DNA from: Octopus vulgaris
Lineage: Eukaryota
DNA: 64,000 bases
Assembly (NCBI GenBank): GCA_951406725.2
Contig: OX597826.1
Location: 54,126,001-54,190,000 of the forward strand
Direction: 5' to 3'
Below the pieces are notes generated by a model. It was given only the letters and a program-made list of their open reading frames with translations. It searched no databases and was not told where the DNA came from. The translations under genes and the position numbers were made by a program. How positions within the stretch are numbered: the stretch's first letter is position 1; the number at the start of each line of letters is the position of its first letter. Below are positions 12,606 to 26,469 of the stretch, piece by piece.

Positions 12606-13640
12606 CAGTGGTGGAAACCGTTCCACCAATCCGCTAACAACTGATTAGCGAAGCTAACTTTTCGTTTAGCGGATTAACGTTTTCGCTACCTTTGGAAACC
12701 GTCAGCGGACCAATTAGCTTCCACTAACTTTAAGTCCGCTAAAATTCATACGTTTGTTCCTGTCTGTTATGGGCATGTCTCGAAAAGTCCGTCAGGCACG
12801 CTATTGGCTGACTACGTGTACACGTGACAAGACGTGATTGGTCGACGCAGCAGCTGCTAGCTGAGCAGCATTGTGTAATTCTGCAGTTTTGAGTAGTGCT
12901 CACTTACGACGTTGTCATATTACAGTCTTACAGTGTTAGCGACAGCAGTGTATGTTATCGGTTTATCAAGTTATCGCTTATCGTTATAGAAGGTGAAGAC
13001 GTTTTTGTTCGGTCTGAGGATGATGGGCCTGCTGAGGAGTGTGCAACGGCTGTGGAGGAGGCAGATGTCACTCAGGTTGGGAGCCAGGAGTCTCAGGATT
13101 CTTGCCCCCACATGGAAGACTACTTTGTCCTTACGTCAAGGGATAAGAGGAACACCAAAATCCTGTACGTCCGGTGCATCATGTGCCAGCCCAAGGAGAT
13201 CACAATCAAGGGACAAACGGCGAGCCTCTGCAACTTAAAGTTGCATGTCAAGAGGAAACACTCAGCGCATGCCATCCAGTTTGAGGAGAGGATCAAGGTC
13301 GGTTCTTCCTCTGGGAAACACAGACAATCTTCTGGTAGCATTGCCAGTAGCCAGTTGTCGCAGCCATGTGCAATGAAAGCACGTCAGCTCGGCATTGGTG
13401 AGGCGATTGCCCAAACTGCAGTCACTGGCGTCTGACAGTCTATGGTGGACAGAAGGATTGTAGACCTGTTTGTCGACAACATGTTATCGCTGCATGTAGT
13501 GGAGTCCCCTACCTTGGTCAGCCTAATCAAGACGCTGAACCTCAGCAAGACTTCGATGTCTTGCCGTATTCTGGGCAGGATGATCTTGGTCAGCCATAAA
13601 CAGCTGGTGGGGTATCTTACAAGATATTTATAAATTAAAA
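12606..13640 (+). mobile_element. 5' part of a hAT DNA transposon with a BED zinc-finger transposase N-terminus (pseudogenised)
   Basis: Starts CAGTGGTGG, with repeated subterminal ccgctaa/ttagcgg motifs; GC-richer than host; ORF has YF...CIMC...TASLCNLKLHVKRKH (BED finger), an in-frame TGA at 13433-13435, then VDRRIVDLFVDNMLSLHVVESP (hAT DNA-binding region). No catalytic domain or right TIR seen. Confidence 0.8.
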
Positions 13641-14094
13641 TTATGCAAGATTATTAAATTATTATCATGGCATACTTCATATTTTCTTAATTTAATTAAA
13701 TTATTAAATTATTAAATAACAAATTTTATTAATTGATGTAATAAAATGTTTAATAGCTAACTGAAATAAATATCATAATATATAATATATTGTATATATA
13801 CATATTCCACTCATAATTAAGTCTGCATAGCCAAAACAGCAGTCTTTAATAAAATAACGAATGGACGAACCTTAGGTTCTGAACTTATTAAATTCTTACG
13901 ATTGTTCCATCCCTCATCTCGGTTATTCATCACCCCAACGTGTCACCTGTCAAGGTAGTGTCACTATTTTCAAAAGTTTATTAAAGGCTTTAAATTATAA
14001 GCAATATTTCTATGAATTTAGAACAACCTAGTAACAAATGTTAAATTATAATCTGTGTGATTTCTATGAACTAAATATGGTTATAAGATATATA

Positions 14095-14163
<69 letters not shown>

Positions 14164-14194
14164 ATGTATGTATGTATGTATGTATGTATGTATG

Positions 14195-14600
14195 TATATA
14201 TATACGATGAGCTTCTTTCAGTTTCCGTCTACTAAATCCACTCACAAGGCTTTGGTCGGCCCGAGGCTACAGTAGAAGACATTTGCTCAAGGTGCCACGC
14301 AGTGGGACTGAACCCGAGTTGGGAACCGAGTTTCGTATCACACATCCGCCTACAAAGCCTTTATGGAATGTATTCCTTGTTATTTAAGAATATACGTTGT
14401 GCTTTGAGGTAGATTTGGCTGCCATTTCTAGCAGGTCGAGTGACTGCGTAGTAGCTTTGCCCAGTGTAGCGATGGGATGGGGGTCGCGAGAGGTATGGAA
14501 GGGTTTCGCGTATCGATAACATGAAGATAGCATTGAACCAAATCTGAATGACGTGGGTGTGTTATGTTTGTTTTTGTGTGAGTGGGTACACATACACACA
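14195..14600 (-). repeat. Right arm of a ~400-bp inverted duplication (partner 11941-12345)
   Basis: Reverse-complement match to the left arm; the ORF track gives near-identical peptides on opposite strands (HSHKNKHNTPTSFRFGSMLSSCYRYAKPFHTS). Confidence 0.95.
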
Positions 14601-15695
14601 TGCATGCATGCATGCATACATACATACATACATACATACATACATACATACATACATACATACATACATACATACATACATACATACATACATACATACA
14701 TACATACATACATACATCGAAGTAAGTGATACTGCGATCAAATGTCCTGCCTCCTTCCTACCAGCGAAAAATTGTACTCGGCAAAAGAGACCGGTATAAT
14801 AAGCATCAGACTTTAAGAAAGTAAGTCCTGGGGTAGATCTGTTCGACTAAAAGGCGGTGCCATAGCATGGCCTCAGTCAAATGACTGAAACTAGTAAAAG
14901 ATAAAAGGTAAAAGATGGTTGAGGCTTCAACGCATTTTATCATAAGGCCAGCTCGATGAAGAATGACCAAGGGCTAAACTACAATAATGACAGCAACAAT
15001 GATGTCGAAAATGGCGTCGGCGGCAATTAAAATCATTGATACAGCAGACGATAACGCAACCTTATCACAAAACTAGATATATTCATTGTCTCAGTAATAA
15101 ACAAATTTTCAGAATCTTTAGAATGTATTTGAACCAGGAGTCACTCAAATTCTTTAATATCTTTAATCCACCAGTCACGGATCAATTCTGTTGTTCAGAA
15201 TGCCATATAATTCTCATCAAGATCAAATTATCATGGCGCTTCGTAGAGTAGAGGTTAGCCACGTTGGGAAATCAGTCATAGTTTTTACTAGTTGTCATTT
15301 CACTTCACTTCTGGAAAACATACGACAGTCACAGCTTCGCTATAACTGTCGTCTGACTTTATGATAGTGTGAGAAATTATATTCTTTTATCTTCATTCTT
15401 TTCAGTCATTCATTCTTCGTCTTACGTTGTTCGTCTATAGAAAATTTTGCCTTTTGTTCTCAACTTTTCATCTGATTGACGTCACAGATACAAGATGCAC
15501 TCACCTACATACATACATACAAACAAACAGATAGATAGACATGTGTGCGTACAAATGTAATTACATACATATAAACATACAAGTCTGCATGCATACATGC
15601 GTAACTACATACAAGCTTATAAGCGTACCTACTTACATGCGTACGTATACATACATATATACATACATTGTATATATATATATACATACATTGTG

Positions 15696-15742
<47 letters not shown>

Positions 15743-15822
15743 GCATGCATACATACATATAGAGAGGAAAACAGAAAGAAGGGAAAAGGAAGAAAGAAGA
15801 AAAGAACAAAGTGGTGGAGAAT

Positions 15823-15864
<42 letters not shown>

Positions 15865-16387
15865 GAAGGAAGGAAGAAAGAGAGAAAGAAGAGAGGAAGA
15901 ACAGTTTGAAAGGGTGTAGAAGCTATTCAAGATTAAAGTATTCTTATAATCTTCTGTCCTCGAGGGATCGAAGTAAGTGAGGTTCTGTTATTAATATGTC
16001 TTTTGTTTCTCCAGCTTTCATTATTTCAATGTTTTCTTCTGTCCATTGCCTGGCGTTGAATAGAGTGAGACCCCTGTTCAAAGAAAAGGGAAGCTTTATA
16101 AAATGATTTATGATCCACAATTAGAGGGAAATATGAGCAAGTTAAGTGCAGTATTGACAAGTTGCCAGCCACTGTTAGTATTTTCTTTCTGTAAAATCTC
16201 TGAATAATAGAAACAGCCACTATAAAGCTAGATTCTGTCGTCAAAAGAAATTATGAATATATAAAAGGCAAGGCTGAAGCAGGGATAGGCTAATTAAGAC
16301 TTCATTTCTTTCTTACTAGAATTAGCACCGTAGATAATTGTTGTGTCCAAGGTCCGACATTGGATTAACATTATTGATATTTCTAAA

Positions 16388-17400
16388 GGCGGCGAGCTGG
16401 CAGAAACGTTAGCACGCCGAGCGAAATGCGTAGCCGTATTTCGTCTGCCGTTACGTTCTGAGTTCAAATTCCGCCGAGGTAGACTTTGCCTTTCAGCCTT
16501 TCGGGGTCGATTAAATAAGAACCAGTTACGCACTAGGGTCGATATAATCGACTTAATCCCTTTGTCTGTCCTTGTTTGTCCTCTCTGTGTTTAGCCCCTT
16601 GTGGGTACTAAAGAAATAGGTATTTTGTCTGCCGTTACGTTCTGAGTTCAAATTCCGCCGAGGTCAATTTTGCCTTTCATCCCTTCGGGGTCGATAAATT
16701 AAGTACCAGTTACGCACTGGGGTCGATGTAATCAACTTAATCCGTTTGTCTGTCCTTGTTTGTCCTCTCTGTGTTTAGCCCCTTGTGGGTAGTAAAGAAA
16801 TAGGTATTTCGTGCGTCTTTACGTTCTGAGTTCAAATTCCGCTGAGGTCGATTTTGCCTTTCATCCTTTTGGGGTCGATAAATTAAGTACTAGTTGCGCA
16901 CTGAGGTCGATGTAATCGACTTAATCCCTTTGTCTGTCCTTGTTTGTCCCCTCTATGTTTAGCCCCATGTGGGCAATAAAGAAATAAGAAACGTTAGCAC
17001 GCCGGGCTAAATGCTTAGCGGTATTTCGTCTGCCGTTACGTTCTGAGTTCAAATTCCAACGAGATCGACTTTGTCTTTCATCCTTTCGGGGTCGATAAAT
17101 TATATACCAGTTGCATACTGGGGTCAATCTAATCGACTGCCCCTGCCTCCCCCAATTTTCGGGTCTTGTACCTAGAGTAGAAAAGATTATTGATATTTCT
17201 AAGGCGGCGAGCTGGCAGACACGTTAACACGCCGAGCGAAATGCTTAGTGGTATTTCATCTGCCGCTACGTTCTGAGTTCAAATTCCGCCGAGGTCGACT
17301 TTGCCTTTCATCCCTTCGGTATCGATAAATTAAGTACCAGTTTGCATACTGAGGTCGATCTAATCGACTGGCCCCCTCCCCAAAAATTTGGTCCCCTCTC
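16388..17400 (+). mobile_element. Head-to-tail array of about 5 SINE family B units
   Basis: Repeated ~190-bp units; target sequence ttattgatatttctaa recurs at about 16371 and 17187. Confidence 0.9.
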
Positions 17401-18099
17401 CCAAAATTTCGATATTTCTTTTATCGGCCACAAAGATCTAATATGCTGAGAAAAGTGCAAAAGTGAAATGCAGAGGGAAAAACCCCCAGACATACAAGAA
17501 ACAATAGTAACAATAAAGAGAAATTAATAAATTGATACCTATTAGTGCACCGGATTCATGACAAAGCATCGAAACCTCAGTCATCACCTTCGTTTCCATT
17601 GTTCTTTGATTTGTTTAACCTGCGAAATTCACCATTATCTTATGTTAAACAGGGGTGAATCGAGATTATTTCAGTGACCTGGTTCTGCTTTAACAAAGGT
17701 ATATATTCGCGATATATATATATATATATATATATAACAAAGGTATATATTCGCAGAAACGTTAGTACACCGGGTGAAATGCTTAGCGGTATTTCGTCTG
17801 CTGTTACGTTCTGAGTTCAAATTCCGCCGAGGTCGACTTTGCCTTTCATCCTTTCGGGGTCGATAAATTAAGTACCAGTTGCGCACTGGGGTCGATGTAA
17901 TCGACTTAATCCGTTTGTCTGTCCTTGTTTGTCCACTCTGTGTTTAGCCCTTTGTGGGTAGTAAAGAAATAGGTATATATTCGCGATACTTGTAAAATCA
18001 ACACTCATCCACCCCCAAAACGCAGGTTCTTGAAGACCTTGAGACTATTTATTTCTGTCATCTTTAGAAATTTCACCGAAACTTAGTTTTCACACACAC

Positions 18100-19362
<1,263 letters not shown>

Positions 19363-19529
19363 TGTGTGTGTGTATTTATGCGTGTGTGTGTGTGTTTATA
19401 TATATCTCCAAATGGAGTAGTGTAAAATAAAGTATTTTTCTCAAGAACACAGCGCATCGCACAGTCCTGGAATCGAAACCACAATCTTACAAGCGTGAGT
19501 CCAACACCCTGACCATTAAGCCATGGTGA

Positions 19530-20238
19530 CTAAAGCTATTGCAATTTTGTGGCCATCATAGCCTCAAGGCTGCTCCAGAACCTGGCATGTGCCTTCTTCA
19601 CTGTGTCCCAGGCAAGATCTTCGAACACGTTTTTAGCCACCAGCACGGCCTTGGTGTTGCAGGCAGAGCGATGAGCGATTGGTGTCTTTCTCAAGCGCAT
19701 CCCATACATAATAATCCATGGGGTTGCAATCAAGGGAATTAGGAGGCCAGAAATTGTGGCAGATGAAGCTGTAGAAACTCTCCAACAACAACTTCTAATT
19801 CTCTCCCGATGTATGGCAAGGAGCCGAATCCTACTGCTACACTTCTGACCTTTCAAAATCAACCCTCTCCTACCAGGGATTCACCGCAGTCTCCAACAGC
19901 TTCACATAACCGTCTAAATTGGAACTAAGGCATTGTTCATCAGTTCGATGAAGTCTCGCATGTATATCCAGTCAGAACACCCGATGTGTCCCTTCCTGCT
20001 GGCCACAGCTTCATAGTTTTTGTTGCAGCTGTCCTTGTCACATTTTACAGCCTTTGCAGGGTTCACAGAGCATAGAGAGTAACTCTTTCCCAATATTCAG
20101 TTAGCTTCAAGTCCTCCATGTTAGCAAACATTTCCTTTAATCTTCATGCTCTCCAACGCCGTTGACTTAACCAGTACGTTAAACTGTCCTCGAAAAAAGG
20201 AGACATAAAAATCATCAAATTTGGTTTGAATACCCTGT
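19530..20238 (-). mobile_element. Mariner-like (DD37D/maT-like) transposon relic
   Basis: Minus-strand WPPNSLDCNPMDYYVW...CNTKA...VKKA.ARF.S.LEA segment; terminus acagggtattcaaacc at about 20238. Confidence 0.65.
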
Positions 20239-20279
20239 GTATGTATCATTTTAATTTATTTTATTTATCATTTTTATTA

Positions 20280-20489
20280 CTCTTTTACTTGTTTCAGTCA
20301 TTTGACTGTGGCCATGCTGGAGCACTGCCTTTAGTCGAGCAAATCGACCCCTGGACTTATTCTTTGTAAGCCCAGTACTTATTCTATCGGTCTCTTTTGC
20401 CGTACCGCTAAGTTACGGGGACGTAAACACACCAGCATCGGTTGTCAAGCGATGTTGGGGGGACAAACACAGACACACGAACACACACA

Positions 20490-20527
<38 letters not shown>

Positions 20528-20703
20528 TATATATATATACGACAGGCTTCTTTCAGTTTCCGTCTGGCAAATCCACTCACAAGGCTTTGGTCGGCCCGAG
20601 GCTATAGTAGAAGACACTTATCCAAGGTGCCACGCATTGGGAGTGACCCGGAACCATGTGGTTGGTAAGCAAGCTACTTCCCACACAGCCACTCCTACGC
20701 CTA
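20280..20703 (-). mobile_element. SINE family C (tRNA head, GTGGCACCTTGGGCAAGTG core, internal (TA)/(TG) microsatellite)
   Basis: Full copies also at 24052-24435 (+), 25318-25712 (-) and 47520-47946 (-); partial copies at 37360 and 41440. Confidence 0.88.
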
Positions 20704-21279
20704 TTATTTTCATTTATTTTATTATTTTCATTAATTTATTTATTGCTTTGGGTGGGTGGGTGTTGTGGGGGGTTGTCTCTGTAGCTCAATGACAATGGGA
20801 AAGGAGTTAGAAACAGATTTTTCTTTTTTTTTTTTTTCAAAAGTCAATGAAATAAAAACAACTGCAACAAGAACAACAACCACCTTGGCTTGCTTTAAAA
20901 ATTCTTTTACACCTCAAAAACAATGAATCCAAATTTTGAAAGAAAAAAAACAGAAGCACACGAAACCTAATAACTGTTACAATCCAGGCAGTAATTGTAA
21001 GACTGAAAAGAAACATGTCCATGCAAGCTCACAACTTAAAGCGGTTCTTAATTTAGGCACAAGGTTAGCAACTTAGAAGTGGGGGTGGGTGGAGTTAGTT
21101 GATTTACGAAGAGCATGTTCGTTCAGATTACTCGGTCGAAGAGAGAGGGAGAGAGTGAAAGAGAGAAAGAAAGAGAGAAAGAAAAAGAGAGAGAGAGAGT
21201 GAAAGAGAGAAAGAAAGAGAGAAAGAAAAAGAGAGAGAGAGAGATAGTTGAATAGTAATTACCAGGTTCAAATATACTT

Positions 21280-21666
21280 TTCTACTCTAGGCACAAGGAG
21301 AATGGGGGGGGGGTCAGTCGATTAGATCAACCCCAGTACGCGACTGGTACTTAATTTATCTACTTCGAAAGAATGAAAGGCAAAGTCGACCTTGGCGGAA
21401 TTTGAACTCAGAACGTAAAGACAGACGAAATACCTATTTCTTTACTACCCATCGGGGCTAAACACAGAAGGGGACAAACAAGGACAGACAAACGGATTAA
21501 GTCGGTTACATCGACCCCAGTGCGCAACTGGTACTTATTTAATCGACCCCGAAAGGATGAAAGGCAAAATCGACCTCGGCGGAATTTGAACTCAGAACGT
21601 AGCGGCAGACGAAATACCGCTAAGCATTTCGCCCGGCGTTCTAACGACTCTGCCAGCTCGCTGCCT
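21280..21666 (-). mobile_element. SINE family B dimer
   Basis: Reverse complement of the family B consensus. Confidence 0.85.
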
Positions 21667-22710
21667 TGTCAGGTATCAAATAAAGTTAATAATCGGATCC
21701 AATAAGGCGGTGAGCTGGCAGAATCGCTACCGCACCGAACAAAATACTTAGTGGTATTTCGTCCCTAATTACGTTGAGAGTTCAAATTCTGCCGAGGTCG
21801 ACTTCGCATTTTAGCCTTTCCTGGTCGATAAAATAAGCACGAGTTGAACACTGCGGTCGGTGTTATCAACTTAGCCCCTCTCCTGGTGCCAAAATCCGAA
21901 AGCAATAATCTGATCCACTGTAAAAGCAATCTGAGTTGATTGTTAAGTCCCTTTCTCAAAGAGAAACATTCTCAGATAATCTGATAGTTAATACTGATAG
22001 AAAAAGATGATTAAGGTACACAAAAATAAATAAATAACGATGGTTTTAATTTTTTGGCTCAAGGCCGTCAGTTTTTGCGCGCGCATGTGTGTGGGGGTGT
22101 CTAATCGATTACATCGACTCCAGCACTTAGCTGGTACTTCTTTTATCGATCCCGAAATGATGAAATACAATGCTGACTTCGGCGAAATCCTAGAACATAA
22201 AAAAAAAAAAAAAAATAGCCGGAGGAAATGCGATAAGCATTTTGTCCGACGCGCTAACAACGTTATCAACAACAATTATTATTATCAGTAGTAGTAGTAG
22301 TAGTAGTAGTACTACTACTACTACTACTACCACCACCACCGCTACGACAACAGCAAGAGAAGAAGAAATAAGGTAGCAAAACATCAGCGATCTATTTAAA
22401 TTGATGCTATAATTCTCTTGGACCGTTCACCTTTAGAAAACTAATGCACTAAATACAAGCTGTCTTGTTTTCCAAAGAAGTTAAAGGCTTTGAATTTGTT
22501 TTGGGAAAAAGAATAAAACTTCTGTACTGTTCTGTGCGCTTCGAGTGTCGCCGCTGCTTTTTTTACATTGTTTTTATTGGTTTCGGTCACCAGATTACGG
22601 TTTTCTAGCCGAGATTGAGAAATTTGACGAGAAAATGTATTGGAAGCAAAAAAAGAGGTTCTTTCGCAGGTGCTTGAAATAACAGTCATCGCTTCCTTAC
22701 TGTTTTAAAA

Positions 22711-23092
22711 GTGGAGGTGCAATGGCCCAGTGGCTAGGGCAGCGGACTCGCGGTGATAGGATCGCGGTTTCGATTCCCAGACCGGGCGTTGTGAGTGTTT
22801 ATTGAGCGAAAACACCTAAAAGCTCCACGAGGCTCCGGCAGGGGATGGTGGTGATCCCTGCTGTACTCTTTCACCACAACTTTCTCACACTCTTACTTCC
22901 TGTTTCTGTTGTACCTGTATTTCAAGGGGCCGGCCTTGTCACTCTGTGTCACGCTGAATATCCCCGAGAACTACGTTAAGGGTACACGTGTCTGTGGAGT
23001 GCTCAGCCACTTACACGTTAATTTCACGAGCAGGCTGTTCCGTTGATTCTGATCAACCGGAACCCTCGTCGTCATAACCGACGGAGTGCTTC
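22711..23092 (+). mobile_element. SINE family A, full length, with TSD
   Basis: tRNA-like head with boxes TGGCCCAGTGG and GGTTTCGATTCC; flanking direct repeat actgttttaaaa. Confidence 0.9.
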
Positions 23093-24051
23093 AAGACTGT
23101 TTTAAAAACGAACGGGATAATGTAGTACAAAATACACTGATCAATGGTTTTGATCAAGGATAATCGGAGTTCAACAATATAAAAATGAATACTAGCACAT
23201 AGACACAACGTCAAAGTAAGATCACTGGTGATATCCCCCAAGATATAGCTGGTACTTATAGATTCCTGCTGGATATTGGAAAGCTACAAGGGACAAAATT
23301 TAATGTAGAACTAACTTATTAACTCCCTTCTCCAGGTTCGAGCGAAAATTAGAGTTATTTCCCCTGATTATTGGAGTTTTCTCCCCTGAATTCTCTTTAA
23401 CGTATTATATTCGCGTTAAGTTTTAGGCTGATAAAATAAAAAAGAAATTTATTGATTAGAGATCACGAACCACAGTAAGTTGCAATACAGGAAACGATTG
23501 ACTAGTTTATGTCATCAACGACTCATATTTCTAATGTTGTTACCGTTGAACATAGATTAATTACTAAAGTGCCAAATAGCGTGGATGATGAACGAATACA
23601 TAAATATACGTACTAATTTACAACCCTCTGTATTTAGTTTCGCTATAAAATTAAATCCCCAAGAGATTAATCAGACAATTTGAAAAGAGAATCGAACTTG
23701 AAGAATTTGGTTGTAACTGAACAATCCTGGTATCACCGAATAAGGAGCTGAAGTTTACTTCGTGGTAAAAGTGGGCGAATCGTGAAACCCTGTTACTTTG
23801 ATTGCACCCCTCCATTCCAAACTACCAAAAAGACCCATAAGGCCTAATTCCATAGTCAGTCATAATGCATATAACTCCAAATATTTGTTTGTACGCATGC
23901 ATTTCCATTTGATTTTAAATCTATCATCTTTGAGTTTTGTATAATTGTTACTTTCTTTACTACAAACCGCTTAATATTAAATTTGTCACAAAATCTTATG
24001 GCGCTCAATTCGTGTTTCAAGTGCAGGTTTTATTATTTTTTTTAAATGTAT

Positions 24052-24435
24052 AGTGGCTGTGTGGTAAGTAGCTTGTTTACCAACCACATGGTTCCGGGTT
24101 CAGTCCCACTGCGTGGCACATTGGGCAAGTGTCTTCTACTATAACCTCGGGCCGACCAAAGCCTTGTGAGTGGATTTGGTAGACGGAAACTGAAAGAAGC
24201 CTGTCGTATATATGTATATATATGCGTGTGTGTTTGTGTGTCTGTGTTTGTCCCCCTAGCATTGCTTGACAACCGATGTTGGTGTGCTAATGTCCCCGTT
24301 ACCTAGCGGTTCGGCAAAAGAGACCGATAGAATAAATACTGGGCTTACAAAAGAATAAGTCCCGGGGTCGAGTTGCTCGATTAAAGGCGGTGCTCCAGCA
24401 TGGCCACAGTCAAATGACTGAAACAAGTAAAAGAG
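24052..24435 (+). mobile_element. SINE family C
   Basis: gtggctgtgtggtaagtagc...ggttcagtcccactgcg...gactgaaacaagtaaaagag. Confidence 0.88.
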
Positions 24436-24474
24436 TTAATTATTCTCAACACTTAGAGGGGATCCCATAAATTC

Positions 24475-24710
24475 CTATTTCTTTACTACCCGCAAGGGGC
24501 TAAACGCAGAGAGGACAAACAAGGACAGACAAACGGATTAAGTCGATTATATAGACCCCAGCAGTACGCAACTGGTACTTAATTTATCGACCCCGTAGGG
24601 ATGAAAGGCAAAGTCGACCTCGACGGAATTTGAACCCAGAACGTAACGGCTGACGAAATACGGCTACGCATTTCGCCCGGCGTTTTAACGTTTCTGCCAA
24701 CTCGCCGCCT
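24475..24710 (-). mobile_element. SINE family B with TSD cccataaattcc
   Basis: Direct repeat at 24463 and 24712. Confidence 0.9.
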
Positions 24711-25317
24711 TCCCATAAATTCCGATTCTGAATAAGGGTTTGAAAACTTTCAAATCGAACCGTATGCAAAAGGAATGTTAGATCAAACCCTCTGAGACTA
24801 CTGATTTGGGTTACCTGTGTTCTCTGAATGCTCGTATTTTTTACATTTTAAACAATGAGGTGATAAACACTTACTGTGGAAGATAAGACATTTTTACAGT
24901 TCGACCTGGGGAAAAGAGTTGCGATGATGGCTTTTGCAGGTGCTACGAGACTGGTGCAAGTTAATTGTACTTCTCTATTCTGCCATCAAACCAAAAGACC
25001 ATCATTAATCTCGCTTCTCACAACTGGATACGGACGTTTCATGAACAGTTTTATGATTGTTGTACAACGATACATTTCAGTTTTCGAAGGTAGTTTTCAA
25101 GTATGGAGAAAATTGTGATAGCAACTACTAATTCAAAACTCCGATCAATTTGCAATTTTTACTACACCATATCAATGCTAACAATTCGTTTGATAGTTTC
25201 TATTTTAAACTTTTCTGGGTACAAGACCTCCAGTTCAAGAATGCAATTGTCTGTAATGATACCAATGTATTACCGTTGCTTTGAATATCTAGGTTTGATA
25301 ATATAAGCATTTCCGAT

Positions 25318-25516
25318 TACTCTTTTACTCGTTTCAGTCCTTTGACTGTGACCATGCTGGAGTACCGCCTTTAGTCGAGCAAATCGACCCCAGGACTTAT
25401 TCCTTGTAAGCCCAGTACTTATTCTATCGGGTTCTTTTGCCGAACCGCTAAGTGACGGGGACGTAAACACACCAGCATCGGTTGTCAAGCAATGCTAGGA
25501 GGACAAACACAGACAA

Positions 25517-25568
<52 letters not shown>

Positions 25569-25712
25569 GACAGGCTTCTTTCAGTTTCCGTCTACCAAAT
25601 CCACTTCTGCTATAGCAGAAGACACTTGCCCAAGAGGCCACGCAGTGGGACTGAACCCGGAACCATGTGGTTGGTTAGCAAGCTACTTACCACACAGCCA
25701 CTCCTGCGCCTA
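25318..25712 (-). mobile_element. SINE family C with an internal deletion
   Basis: Consensus match that lacks the cacaaggctttggtcggcccgag segment. Confidence 0.85.
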
Positions 25713-26195
25713 TTGTCATCTATTTTGTTTCTTAAAGGCTAAACTTTCTCACAAAGATAGACATTTAGATGTAGTTAGATTCTTCTAGACATATTGACCG
25801 TGGGTGGATGAAAAGACAAAGTTTTGATGCGTTTTTAATTTAAAATATAAAAGGATTTAACTATGTAGTAAGACCGTTTTTCTGGTATGCTAAAAACCCT
25901 ACTGTTCTCATTGCCTCTGCTATAATTAAACGAATGCTTTCCAACAGACAGACACTTAGGTCATACGTTTAGTATCAAGTGTATTATAGGTTAAATCGAT
26001 CAGTATTTGACTGGTACATTTTTTCTTATTGATATCTCAGAATAATGAAAAGCGAAATTAGCAAATGATAGAATTTGAACCCAGAAAGTAAAAAGTGGAT
26101 ACAACTAATAGTATTATCAGAGTGACAAATACAATACAGTTGGATATTTTTAATGCTTTATTAGCAAGAACAACAAAACCGATAACGAATTCTGA

Positions 26196-26359
26196 CTAGA
26201 TTATGGTACATCGCATTTTCTCAAAAAAACTTAACTGTTCTTCCACTGGAACGGTGCTGAAATCATTTCTTGATCTGTAAAGTTTCTCTCGAACAGTTTC
26301 AAGAAGTCTCGAAACTGCTTGTGTCTGAGTTAATGTATGAAGTGGCGATTCTGTAAAAC
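26196..26359 (-). CDS. DHDH: DHDH-like terminal exon 7: GFTESPLHTLTQTQAVSRLLETVREKLYRSRNDFSTVPVEEQLSFFEKMRCTII*
   Basis: Acceptor ttttgcag in phase 1; GxxESP...LxxVR motif of the DHDH C-terminus; stop TAG at 26196-26198. Exon lengths 84+112+164+250+125+163+164 = 1062 nt give an uninterrupted 353-aa ORF. Confidence 0.88.
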
Positions 26360-26469
26360 CTGCAAAAATGAACGAGAAACTATAATCGGTTTTGTGTAGA
26401 AAATCAGCATGAAACTAAAAGAAAAAAAAATTGAAAGCATAGCAAGTAGAGATACGCTGTTTGGATTGA

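Noticed and set aside
16388-17400. CRISPR-like or tRNA-gene array
   Set aside because: Units are ~190-bp SINE copies with no unique spacers; the heads are tRNA-derived but do not form complete tRNAs.
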